A program made the position numbers and the translations under genes. Under the pieces are notes generated by a model. That model was not told where the DNA came from and searched no databases. It saw nothing but the letters and a program-made list of their open reading frames with translations. Shown here piece by piece: positions 38,484 through 48,220 of a stretch of DNA of 57,148 nucleotides; within the stretch, counting starts at the first letter, position 1, and each line of letters opens with the position of its first letter. The stretch lies in contig JBAXIU010000001.1 in assembly GCA_037138215.1 (NCBI GenBank), positions 1 through 57,148 on the forward strand, written 5' to 3'. Source of the DNA: Candidatus Peregrinibacteria bacterium (lineage in GTDB: Bacteria; Patescibacteriota; Gracilibacteria; CAIRYL01).

Positions 38484-39656
38484 ATGTCTTCTCTTTTTTC
38501 TGTTTATCCTCAATTCCCCGTTTCTTTTGTAAAAGCGAGTGGAACCCGCCTGTGGGACGATGAAGGAAACGCATACCTGGATTTTTATTCTGGAATTGGC
38601 TGTATTAACTTGGGGCATTGCCACTCCTCTGTTACCAAAGCCCTTACCACCCAAGCCGAAAAACTGTGGCACATCTCTAATATTTTCCCCCATAAAAATA
38701 CCATTCTCGCTGCAGAAAAACTGGCATCTAAAGCCCCGTTTGCCGCAAAAGTTTTTTTTGCTAATTCTGGAGCCGAAGCCAATGAAGCGGCACTCAAACT
38801 CGCCAGAAAATATTCTAAAAGCCGAAAAGGAACAGATGCTATTGAAATCATTGCGTTTGAAAAATCGTTTCACGGACGAACGATGGCAACCCTTTCGTGT
38901 ACTGGGAAGCCAAAAATGCGAGAGGATTTTTCCCCCATGCTTCCTACTGTGCATTTTGCGCAGTACAATAACATTTCCTCCGTTCGTTCTCTCGTTTCTC
39001 CCCATATTTCTGCCATTATTATCGAAACTATTCAGGGAGAGGGAGGACTTGCTACGGCAGATTTTTCATTTTTACAAGCAGTGAGAGAGCTGTGTGATGA
39101 ACACGATATTTTACTCATTGTTGACGAAGTACAAACCGGAGCAGGACGAACCGGAACTTTTTTCTCCTGCGAAAACACTGGGGTTATTCCGGATATTATT
39201 ACGGCTGCAAAAGCCATTGGGAATGGTTTTCCAGTGGGTGCCATGCTGGCAAAACCAGAAATTGCCAAATATTTTGCAGTGGGAGACCACGGCACTACTT
39301 TTGGAGGGAATCCGATGGCAACTGCGGTGGTATCGGCCGTGTGTGATGAAATGACTCCCGAGTTTTTGACAAAGGTCCAAAAAAAATCAGAATTCTTCGA
39401 TGTTCTCTTGCAAGACCTGCAAACCACTTTCCCTGAAAAAATATTGGAACTGCGGGGGCGAGGATTTATGCGCGGAATACTTTTTCCCGGAGGAATGGCG
39501 CCAGAAATACAAAAAATACTCCTGTTAGAAAACCGGCTGGTCACCCTCCTCTCGGGGGATTCTACCGTTTTACGCCTCTTACCGCCCTTAGTGAGCTCCG
39601 AGGAAGAATTGCAGGAAGGAGTGTTGAGAATACGAGAAGTGGTGAAAAATGTCTAA
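38484..39656 (+). CDS. argD: Acetylornithine/class III aminotransferase
   Basis: G.RLWDDEGNAYLDF.SGIG..NLGHCH, ANSGAEANEAALKLARK, LLIVDEVQTGAGRTG, and TFGGNP are PLP class III signatures. Confidence 0.85.
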   Translation: MSSLFSVYPQFPVSFVKASGTRLWDDEGNAYLDFYSGIGCINLGHCHSSVTKALTTQAEKLWHISNIFPHKNTILAAEKLASKAPFAAKVFFANSGAEANEAALKLARKYSKSRKGTDAIEIIAFEKSFHGRTMATLSCTGKPKMREDFSPMLPTVHFAQYNNISSVRSLVSPHISAIIIETIQGEGGLATADFSFLQAVRELCDEHDILLIVDEVQTGAGRTGTFFSCENTGVIPDIITAAKAIGNGFPVGAMLAKPEIAKYFAVGDHGTTFGGNPMATAVVSAVCDEMTPEFLTKVQKKSEFFDVLLQDLQTTFPEKILELRGRGFMRGILFPGGMAPEIQKILLLENRLVTLLSGDSTVLRLLPPLVSSEEELQEGVLRIREVVKNV

Positions 39657-39719
39657 AACTCTTCCTTGCATCTTCCCTTCTCCCCCGTCACAATATTTCT
39701 GAAATTTTGATGCACAAAA

Positions 39720-40397
39720 ATGGCACTGGAAGATATGGTATTGGGCGGATCGGAAAGCGCAGGAGATGGCGGGAAAGAGGGGGGAAGTGAAGCGGCAAAA
39801 GAAGCCGCTGAGAAAGTACGAGAACAAAAAGCCAAAGCCGCCGCGCAGGCAAAGAGGGATCAACAAAACGAACGACGGAAAAAATCAGAGGATAATACCC
39901 TCGCACAAATTATTCTCCAGTTCCTCAAGAATCCTCGTTATTCTGGATTTTTTCTTCTCATTGCACGGGCCCTTTCTAAAAATATTCCTTCCGATTTTTT
40001 ACTCGCTATTTTAGCGCTTATTCATAAAGATTCAGCCCAAATTCTCCATGAGAAAAATATCCCCCGAAGAAATCCTCCAAAACCTCATTCTTCTGCCTTT
40101 CCTCCTGAGCTTTCTGCTCCATTGGCAGAATGGACTATTCTCATGTATTCGGTTTCTACGGCAGAGCCACACCGCGTATTGGAAACTATTCTGGATGAAA
40201 ATTGGGAATTGGATGCCAATACAGTACAACTCTGCGCCTTGGTCGTGCGAGAATTTTTCTTTTTTAAGAAATTCGAAACCCCCTTTCCTCATATTCAACA
40301 ATTCTCAGAAAATTTTCTCAAAACCCTCGCTACCGACTTGGAAAACCAAATTCAAAACCAGCAGATTTTAGAAACCGCGGAAGAGGATAATTTTTAG
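39720..40397 (+). CDS. Hypothetical protein with charged Lys/Glu/Ala-rich N-terminus
   Basis: 225-aa ORF. No motif recognised. Its stop overlaps the convergent purB stop by 4 nt. Confidence 0.45.
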   Translation: MALEDMVLGGSESAGDGGKEGGSEAAKEAAEKVREQKAKAAAQAKRDQQNERRKKSEDNTLAQIILQFLKNPRYSGFFLLIARALSKNIPSDFLLAILALIHKDSAQILHEKNIPRRNPPKPHSSAFPPELSAPLAEWTILMYSVSTAEPHRVLETILDENWELDANTVQLCALVVREFFFFKKFETPFPHIQQFSENFLKTLATDLENQIQNQQILETAEEDNF

Positions 40398-41773
40398 TTC
40401 TCGTTTTCTGAATCTGGCGTAGCAAATTTTTCCACCATTTGTGCTGCCAGCCCAATATAGGTTTCTGGGGTCAGCATTTGGAGTGCTTTTTTCTCTTTTT
40501 CGGGAAGGTTGAGTCCTCCGACAAATGCCCGAAAATCTTCAATCGTAATGCGCTTTCCACGGGTTAGCTCTTTCAGTTTTTCGTAGGGTTTTTCTATTCC
40601 GTGTTTGCGCATAACTGTTTGCGCCGCTTCGCCCAGCACTTCTACATTGGCATTCAGCTCTTTGCTACAGGTTTCTTGCACCACCTCTAATTTTTCTATT
40701 CCAATTTTTAAACTCTTGAGAGCGAGAAGAGAATGCCCAAATGCTACGCCTACATTACGGAGAATAGTGGAATCGGTAAGATCTCGTTGAAAGCGAGAAA
40801 CGGGTAGTTTTTCTGCAAAAAACCGAAAGAGAGCATTCGCAATCCCAAAATTTCCTTCTGCATTTTCAAAATCAATGGGATTTACTTTATGCGGCATGGT
40901 GGAAGATCCAATTTCTCCTGCACGGGTTTTTTGTTTAAAAATTCCCCGAGAAATGTATCCCCAACTATCACGAGAAAAATCAATGAGAATTGTATTTAAA
41001 AGGGCAACAGTGTTGGAAATTTCCGCAATATAATCATGGGATTCAATCTGATCGGTAATGGGATTCCAAGTAAGCCCCAAAGATTCTACAAATTCTTGTG
41101 AAATTTCTAGCCAGGGAGCCTTAGGATACGCCGCAATGTGCGCATTAAAATTCCCCGTTGCACCATTTATTTTCCCTAAAAAATCCTGGTGTTCGAGTGC
41201 GTCCATTTGGGGTGACATACGAGACGCAAACAGGAAAAAGGCTTTTCCAAGGGTGGTGGGAGACGCCGGTTGTCCATGGGTAAGCGCCAGAAGAGGAATA
41301 TTCTTCCACTCTTTTGCGCGGGTCTCAATGGCGTGCAAAATTTCGTCGTACGCTGGCATCATTACCTCATCCATCGCATCTTTTAGCATTAACGAATAGG
41401 CGAGATTATTAATATCTTCACTGGTACACGCAAAATGGATCCATTCGGCAACATCTTCCAAAGAAGTTCCTGCAAGTTTTTCTTTTAAAAAGTACTCTAC
41501 GGCCTTAACATCATGTTTTGTAGTCGCTTCTATTTCTTTTATTCTCAGTGCGTCTTCCTCTGAAAAATTTTTAAGAATCCGTGCGAGTATTTCTCGTTCT
41601 TTATTGGTAAGACTCCGAAGTTCCTCAATTTCACTTCTCTCCGCTAAATACTGAAACCAGTTTATTTCCACTAATAGGCGGTAAAACAGGAGCGCTTTTT
41701 CTGAAAAAAACGGAGAGAGATCTTTTGTTTTTTCGGCATATCGTCCATCGAGTGGGGAAAGGGAGGTAACCAT
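40394..41773 (-). CDS. purB: Adenylosuccinate lyase
   Basis: SPLDGRY, TSEDINN, GSSTMPHKVNP (fumarate-lyase signature), and a C-terminal ADSL_C-like region. Confidence 0.95.
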   Translation of the reverse strand: MVTSLSPLDGRYAEKTKDLSPFFSEKALLFYRLLVEINWFQYLAERSEIEELRSLTNKEREILARILKNFSEEDALRIKEIEATTKHDVKAVEYFLKEKLAGTSLEDVAEWIHFACTSEDINNLAYSLMLKDAMDEVMMPAYDEILHAIETRAKEWKNIPLLALTHGQPASPTTLGKAFFLFASRMSPQMDALEHQDFLGKINGATGNFNAHIAAYPKAPWLEISQEFVESLGLTWNPITDQIESHDYIAEISNTVALLNTILIDFSRDSWGYISRGIFKQKTRAGEIGSSTMPHKVNPIDFENAEGNFGIANALFRFFAEKLPVSRFQRDLTDSTILRNVGVAFGHSLLALKSLKIGIEKLEVVQETCSKELNANVEVLGEAAQTVMRKHGIEKPYEKLKELTRGKRITIEDFRAFVGGLNLPEKEKKALQMLTPETYIGLAAQMVEKFATPDSENEN

Positions 41774-41894
41774 GGGAGAAGGGGTGAGAGAATTAAAAAT
41801 TAAGAATTAAGAATAAGGAGGTGGTGTAGGGACGGCGCACTGGCGTGCCCATTTGATATCTTTTACACCGGTCGATATCTACTCTACAAAAAAA

Positions 41895-41920
41895 AGAGGC
41901 AAATTGCAATTTGCCTCTAC
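41895..41920. repeat. Family A-related palindrome in the purB/ilvB intergenic region
   Basis: agaggcaaattgcaatttgcctctac has the same ...ctctac terminus and central attgcaat as family A. Neighbours are a degenerate gtagggacggcgcactggcgtgccc (41826-41852) and an aattaag run (41796-41815). Confidence 0.75.
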
Positions 41921-41969
41921 AATTCTTCCCCAACCTGTCGTAGAATGGATATAGATTTTTTTATTCCCC

Positions 41970-43658
41970 ATGATGAAAAAAGGTGGAGAAATTTTATTGG
42001 AAGGGCTTTTGCATAACGGTGTGCAGGATATTTTTGGATATCCTGGGGGATCGGTTATTCCCCTCTACGATACCCTTCTGAAGTATCCCCAATTGCGACA
42101 TATTTTAGTGCGACATGAGCAAGGGGCTGCATTTGCTGCCAACGGATATTCCCGTGCGAGTGGAAAAGTAGGAGTATGTCTGGCTACTTCTGGTCCGGGA
42201 GCCACCAATCTCGTTACTGGTGTGGCAGATGCCATGATGGATTCGGTCCCCATGATCGTTATTACAGGACAGGTTTTTGCGCATCTTATTGGAACCGATG
42301 CGTTCCAAGAAACCGATGCTATTGGAATTATGATGCCCGTCGTAAAGCATTCCTACGAAGTGACCCAAGCAGAAGATCTTGCGGAGGTGATCCAAGAAGC
42401 CTTTCATATCGCCAGTACCGGAAGACCCGGACCCGTGCATATTGATATTACGAAGAATGCTTTTTTGGAGCAGGTGGAATTTGACGGATTTCATGATGAA
42501 ATTAATATCCCTGGCTATAAACCCACGATTATTCCCAATGCACCCCAAATAAAAAAAGCAGTGGAAGTGATTGCAGAATCAAAACGCCCTATTGCGATTG
42601 TGGGACACGGTGCACTTATTTCTGGGGCTTCCTCGGAGGTGATAGCCTTTTTAGAAAAAGCAGATATTCCTTGTGTGCAAACCCTTTTGGGTCTTTCTAC
42701 CGTTTACAGCGGACATCCGCTGGATTTAGGACTTTTGGGGATGCACGGACAAGTATATGCCAATAATGCAGTGCATAATGCTGATCTTATTATTTCTATT
42801 GGTTCTCGATTTGACGATCGTATTACCGGTCGTTTAAAAGATTTTCATCGCCAGGCAAAAATTATTCATTTTGATATTGATCCCGCAGAAGTGGGGAAAA
42901 ATGTTCCCGCGCATATTCCCGTGGTGGGAGATCTTAAAAAATCTATAGAGGCCGTTTTAAAGCTCTTGCCAGTATTTCACCATACCGCGTGGAAAGAGCA
43001 AATTGAACAGTGGAAGGAGGAGTTTGCCATTCCAAAAGTGCACGCCTGCCATACCGAACGGTGTATAAACGCCATGCGCGCTTGGGATGTGATAGAAGCG
43101 CTCGCAGAAGAAACCGATGGTGATATTGTCATCGTCCCTGATGTGGGACAACACCAAATGTGGGTTGCGCAAGGATTCCCGTATAAAAAACCATATTCAC
43201 ACCTGTATTCCGGGGGCTTAGGAAGTATGGGATTTTCCCTTCCAGCCGCCATGGGGGCAGCAGTGGCGTGTCCCGAAAAAGAGGTGTGGAGTATCTCGGG
43301 AGATGGTGGATTTCAGATGAATTCTCAAGAACTCATGACCATTGTGCAGGAAAAAATTCCACTCAAAATAGGAATTTTTAACAATAATTTTTTAGGAATG
43401 GTACGCCAGTGGCAAGAACTTTTTCAGGATAAAGCGTATTCGTTTGTAAATATGCAAAACCCAGATTTTGTAAAACTGGCAGAAGCCTACGGAATTCCCG
43501 CTTTTCGAGCAGAAACAAAAAAAGAAGCGCATGAAGCTATTAAAAAAGCCCGTGCTATAAATGGTCCAGCTCTCATTGAGTTTAAAATTGCCATGGAAGA
43601 AAATGTTTTCCCCATGGTTCCCCAAGGTGCTTCATTGGGGGAAACACGGGTAGAATAA
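41970..43658 (+). CDS. ilvB: Acetolactate synthase large subunit (ThDP enzyme)
   Basis: GYPGGSVIPLYD, TSGPGATNLVTG, and GGLGSMGFSLPAAMGA...SGDGGFQMN (ThDP-binding motif). 562 aa. Confidence 0.9.
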   Translation: MMKKGGEILLEGLLHNGVQDIFGYPGGSVIPLYDTLLKYPQLRHILVRHEQGAAFAANGYSRASGKVGVCLATSGPGATNLVTGVADAMMDSVPMIVITGQVFAHLIGTDAFQETDAIGIMMPVVKHSYEVTQAEDLAEVIQEAFHIASTGRPGPVHIDITKNAFLEQVEFDGFHDEINIPGYKPTIIPNAPQIKKAVEVIAESKRPIAIVGHGALISGASSEVIAFLEKADIPCVQTLLGLSTVYSGHPLDLGLLGMHGQVYANNAVHNADLIISIGSRFDDRITGRLKDFHRQAKIIHFDIDPAEVGKNVPAHIPVVGDLKKSIEAVLKLLPVFHHTAWKEQIEQWKEEFAIPKVHACHTERCINAMRAWDVIEALAEETDGDIVIVPDVGQHQMWVAQGFPYKKPYSHLYSGGLGSMGFSLPAAMGAAVACPEKEVWSISGDGGFQMNSQELMTIVQEKIPLKIGIFNNNFLGMVRQWQELFQDKAYSFVNMQNPDFVKLAEAYGIPAFRAETKKEAHEAIKKARAINGPALIEFKIAMEENVFPMVPQGASLGETRVE

Positions 43659-43698
43659 GAGTATTGTTTTTGTTTTTTGTTTGAATCTCTCATTTTTT

Positions 43699-45063
43699 AT
43701 GTCTTCTCCTCTCGCTTCTCTCCGGAATATGATTCCGGTATCGTTCCTTCTCAAATACCACCTTTTAAAAAGTATTCTTGCAACGCTTTTAAATTTTCGT
43801 CCTTCGCGAAAATTGTTGGTGATTGGAATTACGGGAACCAAAGGGAAAAGCACCACGGCGAATTTTTTGTGGTCTATTTTACAAGCAACCGGGAAAACAA
43901 CAGGGCTCCTTGGGACCGCTAATGTGCGCATTGGAAAGCGCGAAGAACTCAATAATTGGCATATGACCATGCCTTCTCCCTTTGCCATTCAGCATTTTTT
44001 GCGAAATGTAAAAAATGAAGGCGGTACGGCCGCCATTTTAGAATTTACCAGTGAAGGAGCGAAGCAATCCCGTCACATTGGCATTGATTTTGATGGCGCT
44101 GTTTTTTTGAATCTCTCTCCCGAACACCTTCCCTCGCATGGCGGATCGTTTGAAGCGTATAAAAAAGAAAAGCAAAAACTCTTTTCTCGGCTTGCATCCT
44201 CTTTTATAAAAACCATTGGAGGGCGTCCGGTTCCTAAAATTATGGTGGCAAATAAAAATGACGCCAATGCCATGGAATTTTTAAAATTTTCTGCCCATAA
44301 AAAATATTTTTTTCAGCTTCTGTCATCAGAAAATACGGATTCTCCGCTCCAGAGTGGGGAACATATTCCCTGCGTAACGGCAACAATTGTTTCCCAAACA
44401 GAAGAGAAAATGGTTCTTGATATTTGTGAAGAGACTCATCACCATCCCGTGGATATTTTTCTTCCGGGCGGGAAAAATGCAGAAAATGCCTTAGCGGCTG
44501 TTACCATTGCTCGGGGATATGGGGTCAGTTGGGAGGCCATTGAAACCGGTTTAGAAAGCCTTACTTGTGTGCCCGGACGAATGGAACGGATTACAGAAGG
44601 ACAGCCATTTACCGTTTTTGTAGACTACGCGCACGAAGAGAAAAGTATGGAATTTGTGCTGAAAACTGGACGAAAAATGTTAGATGGAAAAAAGGGAAAA
44701 TTGATGATTCTTTTAGGAGCGGAAGGGGGGGGAAGGGATACGGCAAAGCGGGCAAAAATGGGAAAATTAGTGGGGGAATTATCAGATACGGTGATGGTTT
44801 CCAATGTGGATCCGTACGAAGATAATCCGACAGAGATTTGTGAAGATATTGCGAGTGCGGCGGAAAAAGCAGGAAAAATACGCGGAACGGACCTTTTTGT
44901 AATGGAAGACCGACGACAAGGAATTGCAACGCTCTTTGCTCTTGCAAAAGAGGGCGATATTGTCTTTATTACGGGAAAAGGGTCAGAGCAGAGTATTGTT
45001 ATCGATGGAAAAAAATTGCCATGGGATGACCGCCAAGTAGTGCGGGAAGAACTCCGAAAATAA
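43699..45063 (+). CDS. murE: Mur ligase family protein, MurE-like
   Basis: IGITGTKGKSTT P-loop, FVDYAHEEKS, and a central/C-terminal Mur ligase pattern. It carries DNPT where MurE usually has DNPR, so substrate specificity is uncertain. Confidence 0.6.
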   Translation: MSSPLASLRNMIPVSFLLKYHLLKSILATLLNFRPSRKLLVIGITGTKGKSTTANFLWSILQATGKTTGLLGTANVRIGKREELNNWHMTMPSPFAIQHFLRNVKNEGGTAAILEFTSEGAKQSRHIGIDFDGAVFLNLSPEHLPSHGGSFEAYKKEKQKLFSRLASSFIKTIGGRPVPKIMVANKNDANAMEFLKFSAHKKYFFQLLSSENTDSPLQSGEHIPCVTATIVSQTEEKMVLDICEETHHHPVDIFLPGGKNAENALAAVTIARGYGVSWEAIETGLESLTCVPGRMERITEGQPFTVFVDYAHEEKSMEFVLKTGRKMLDGKKGKLMILLGAEGGGRDTAKRAKMGKLVGELSDTVMVSNVDPYEDNPTEICEDIASAAEKAGKIRGTDLFVMEDRRQGIATLFALAKEGDIVFITGKGSEQSIVIDGKKLPWDDRQVVREELRK

Positions 45064-45073
45064 TTCTCTTCGT

Positions 45074-46177
45074 ATGATTTCTTCCCTCACCCTTGAAAAT
45101 TTTCGCAAGTTTACCCAAGAATCGTTTGTATTTTCTGAAGGCATTACGGTGATAGAAGGCAATAATGGCGTAGGGAAGACCAATATTCTGGAGGCGATTT
45201 ACGCGCTTGCTACTGGGAAGCCTTTTCGGTCCCATAAAAAAGAAGTTTTTGTGCAGCACGATGCTCCGTATGCTCGTGTTTCTGGTATTTGTACTTCCCC
45301 CCCTGATAAGGGGGGGCTAGGGGGGGGTGGTGAAAAAGACGCGATTAATCGCGTCTCTACCATTTTTTGGCAAATATCCCCCACGGCGAAAACGGCGTAT
45401 TTTTGGGATGATATTGCACTTTCAGCTGGGGAATACCTCAAAAAAAAGACTTTTTTTGCGGTACTCTTTTCACCAGAGGAAATGAATCTTCCTCTGTTTG
45501 CCCCCAAATATCGAAGAAATTTTTTAAATCGTCTCCTGTCCCTCCTCTTCCCCGAGTATTTTGAAGCCGCGAGTAAATATGAAATAACGCTTCAAAATCG
45601 AAATCAACTCCTCAAGCGCGCTCAAGAATCGTTTGTTTCTCCCCAAGAGTTTTTCTTTTGGGATCAAGAACTCATCAAATGGGAAGCCGTCATCCGAAAA
45701 AAACGAGAGGATTTTTTTGTGTTTGTGAATGTGCACATTTCTTCTGCTTACCAGCGTATGAGTGGAGCTTTTGATGATATTGCGATTCATTTTCAGCCAT
45801 CCGTGGATTCTCATATTCCCTTTACTGAAGCATTACTGTCTCATTTTGCACGCGATAAAATGATGGGGAGTACGGGCGTTGGTCCCCATCGTGATGATTT
45901 TCAAATCCTTCTGAGAGGGCTTCCTTTAGAAGAAGACGCGTCTCGCGGAGAAACACGGTCGGCACTTCTTGCCCTTAAAGAAATAGAACGCATTTTTATT
46001 GCAGAGCATACGGGTACGCCACCTATTTTGCTGTTAGATGATGTTTTTTCTGAGCTGGATCAAAATCATCGGGAACATCTCCTCAAAAGCCTTGAAGGGA
46101 CTCAAACGATTCTCAGCACTACTGAATGCGCATTTCCACCGGAACTCAAAAATAAGTGTCGTATTCTGCAACTCTGA
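45074..46177 (+). CDS. recF: DNA replication and repair protein RecF with a palindrome-encoded insertion
   Basis: L.LENFR...GNNGVGKTNILEAIY (Walker A) and LLLDDVFSELD (Walker B / signature). 367 aa. Confidence 0.9.
   Translation: MISSLTLENFRKFTQESFVFSEGITVIEGNNGVGKTNILEAIYALATGKPFRSHKKEVFVQHDAPYARVSGICTSPPDKGGLGGGGEKDAINRVSTIFWQISPTAKTAYFWDDIALSAGEYLKKKTFFAVLFSPEEMNLPLFAPKYRRNFLNRLLSLLFPEYFEAASKYEITLQNRNQLLKRAQESFVSPQEFFFWDQELIKWEAVIRKKREDFFVFVNVHISSAYQRMSGAFDDIAIHFQPSVDSHIPFTEALLSHFARDKMMGSTGVGPHRDDFQILLRGLPLEEDASRGETRSALLALKEIERIFIAEHTGTPPILLLDDVFSELDQNHREHLLKSLEGTQTILSTTECAFPPELKNKCRILQL
45297..45360. repeat. Two palindromic elements in frame inside recF (family E, then family A-like)
   Basis: ccccccc-tgataa-ggggggg (45297-45316), a G7 run (45321-45327), and agacgcgattaatcgcgtctctac (45337-45360). 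Translated SPPDKGGLGGGGEKDAINRVST. Confidence 0.85.
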
Positions 46178-46210
46178 TTCTATTCCACCCCCCCGTCCCG
46201 CTCAGCGGTA

Positions 46211-46243
46211 TACCCCCCTTTTAATAGGGGAAAGGGGGGCTAC
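46211..46243. repeat. Family E G/C hairpin downstream of recF
   Basis: tacccccc-ttttaataggggaaa-ggggggcta between the convergent recF and RNase J genes. Confidence 0.6.
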
Positions 46244-46252
46244 AGAAAAGTT

Positions 46253-48220
46253 TTATACTAAATTCACAATCGTCATAATTACCGGTTCTTTATCGGTTTT
46301 TTTGAGGAGTACGGTTCGGAAGTGCTTTTCCATTTCTTCTCGGATATTTACTTCTTTTACTTTGTCCTGAAGCCGGTCATACACGCGTTTAAACGCTTCT
46401 TTTGCTTCTCCCACCAGTTCATCGTGCAGTTTTTTATCATCTAAAAATCCGCGGGAAATAATGCGAGGATCTCGGAAAAGGGTTCTATTTCGCGCTGAAA
46501 CATCGATAGAAACCACTACTACGCCTCCTTGCGCCAGTTCGTTTCTATCTTTTAAAATATGGCTTCCTACTCCTCCTGTTCCCGTTCCTTCGATAAATAC
46601 CAGATCTACGGGAATCTTTTCTTTTGTCTTTTTTACTTCTCCATTAAAGATTTCCAGGACATCTCCATTTTCAATCATAATGGCGGTTTTTTCCGTATAT
46701 CCCAGTGATTCCATAACTAATTTTCTGTGTCCAATACGCATAAAGTATTCTCCATGAATAGGGATTATATTTCTTGGTTTTACGAGTGAGTGCATCATGA
46801 GGAGGTCTCCCTGGTATGCGTGTCCAGAAGTATAAATACTCATATCAATATTCGTAATGACTTTCGCTCCTTTGCGGTGGAGTTCGTCAATAACGGCATA
46901 TACAGGGCGTTCGTTCCCCGGAATCGTAGAAGAAGAAAAAGCAATGGTGTCTTGGAAATCAACCTTAATAAACGGATGCTCATCTTTTGCAATCCGAGAC
47001 ATGGCGGCGAGTGGTTCTCCTTGTGATCCGGTAGTGAGCACCAAAATTTCGTGGGGTGGGTATTCGTTAATGTGTGGTCCCAGCTTGCGCATATGGGATT
47101 TGGGGAGATTGATAAACCCGAGATCATGCGCAATTTCTAGGTTATTCGCCATAGACCTTCCACTTACAAATATTTTTCTTCCATTTTTAATGGCGGCTTC
47201 AACAATCAGTTTTAATCGTCCAATAGAGCTGGAAAAAGTAGCCACAATAAGCCGTCCTTTGGTTTCCCTCACCATGCGTTCAATATCGAGGAGAATATCT
47301 TTTTCCGAAGGACAAAATCCTTTTTTAAGGGCGTTGGTGGAATCGGCAAAAATAGCATCTACTCCGCGTTTTTGAAAATCTACCAGCTTTGCAAAATGAC
47401 AAGGCACTCCGTCAGCGGGCGTAAAATCAAACTTAAAATCTCCTGTGTGGATCATATTTCCCGCAGGAGTCTCAATATAAATCCCACAGGAATCGGGAAT
47501 AGAGTGATTTACCCGGAAGTATTCCACTCGGAAGCTTCCCACGGCAAATATCCCTTCTTTATCAGGGTTTACTTCATAAATTTTCCCTTTTTCCAGAAGA
47601 TCAAATTCTTTCAATCGGCTTTCTATAAGTCCTTTGGTAAGCCGAGTGGCGTAAATAGGAGGGAAATTGAGTTTTGGCCAAATATGTTGGAGTGCTCCAA
47701 TATGGTCTAAATGCCCATGAGTAATAAGAATTCCGCGAATATTTTGTTTTTTCTGCTCGGCGTATGAAACATCGGGAATGACATAATCAATTCCGGGCAT
47801 TCCCTCTTCGGGGAACTGGAGCCCCACATCAATGAGAATCAGTTCATTCCCATATTCTACTGCCATACAATTTTTCCCGACTTCGTTTAGTCCTCCCAAA
47901 GGAATCACTCTCATGGGCTTTGTACCTCCTCCTATAGGATGAGCATGAGAAGCCTGATTATGAACCGGATGGGCAGGATGTGGAGGTCGAGTATTTTGAT
48001 GCGGAGCATGGGGTGGCCGAGGCGCGGAATTGTGGTGCGGTTTGGGTGTGTGAGGAGCTCTCTGTTGTACAGAGGGGGTTCCGGTACTGGTGACACTTTT
48101 AGGCGCTTCAGAAGAAGCGTGAAGAAGGGGGGTGCGATGAACAGGGGGTGTTTCATTGGGTTTTGCGGAAACCGCAAGGGGGCTGGTTACTTTTTGAATC
48201 CAGCCGGTGAGTTTATCCAT
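46253..48220 (-). CDS. rnj: Ribonuclease J (metallo-beta-lactamase/beta-CASP) with a His/Pro-rich N-terminal extension
   Basis: ILITHGHLDHIGAL (HxHxDH), beta-CASP blocks, and a C-terminal domain. Start placed at ATG 48220 (MDKLTGW...). The ORF stays open to 48454 through hydrophobic low-quality sequence. Confidence 0.85.
   Translation of the reverse strand: MDKLTGWIQKVTSPLAVSAKPNETPPVHRTPLLHASSEAPKSVTSTGTPSVQQRAPHTPKPHHNSAPRPPHAPHQNTRPPHPAHPVHNQASHAHPIGGGTKPMRVIPLGGLNEVGKNCMAVEYGNELILIDVGLQFPEEGMPGIDYVIPDVSYAEQKKQNIRGILITHGHLDHIGALQHIWPKLNFPPIYATRLTKGLIESRLKEFDLLEKGKIYEVNPDKEGIFAVGSFRVEYFRVNHSIPDSCGIYIETPAGNMIHTGDFKFDFTPADGVPCHFAKLVDFQKRGVDAIFADSTNALKKGFCPSEKDILLDIERMVRETKGRLIVATFSSSIGRLKLIVEAAIKNGRKIFVSGRSMANNLEIAHDLGFINLPKSHMRKLGPHINEYPPHEILVLTTGSQGEPLAAMSRIAKDEHPFIKVDFQDTIAFSSSTIPGNERPVYAVIDELHRKGAKVITNIDMSIYTSGHAYQGDLLMMHSLVKPRNIIPIHGEYFMRIGHRKLVMESLGYTEKTAIMIENGDVLEIFNGEVKKTKEKIPVDLVFIEGTGTGGVGSHILKDRNELAQGGVVVVSIDVSARNRTLFRDPRIISRGFLDDKKLHDELVGEAKEAFKRVYDRLQDKVKEVNIREEMEKHFRTVLLKKTDKEPVIMTIVNLV

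Noticed and set aside
38391-39544. Antisense ORFs opposite argD (204 aa and 170 aa), plus the same-strand out-of-frame ORF 38539-39084.
   Set aside because: They lie entirely within the well-supported aminotransferase gene and have no motifs.
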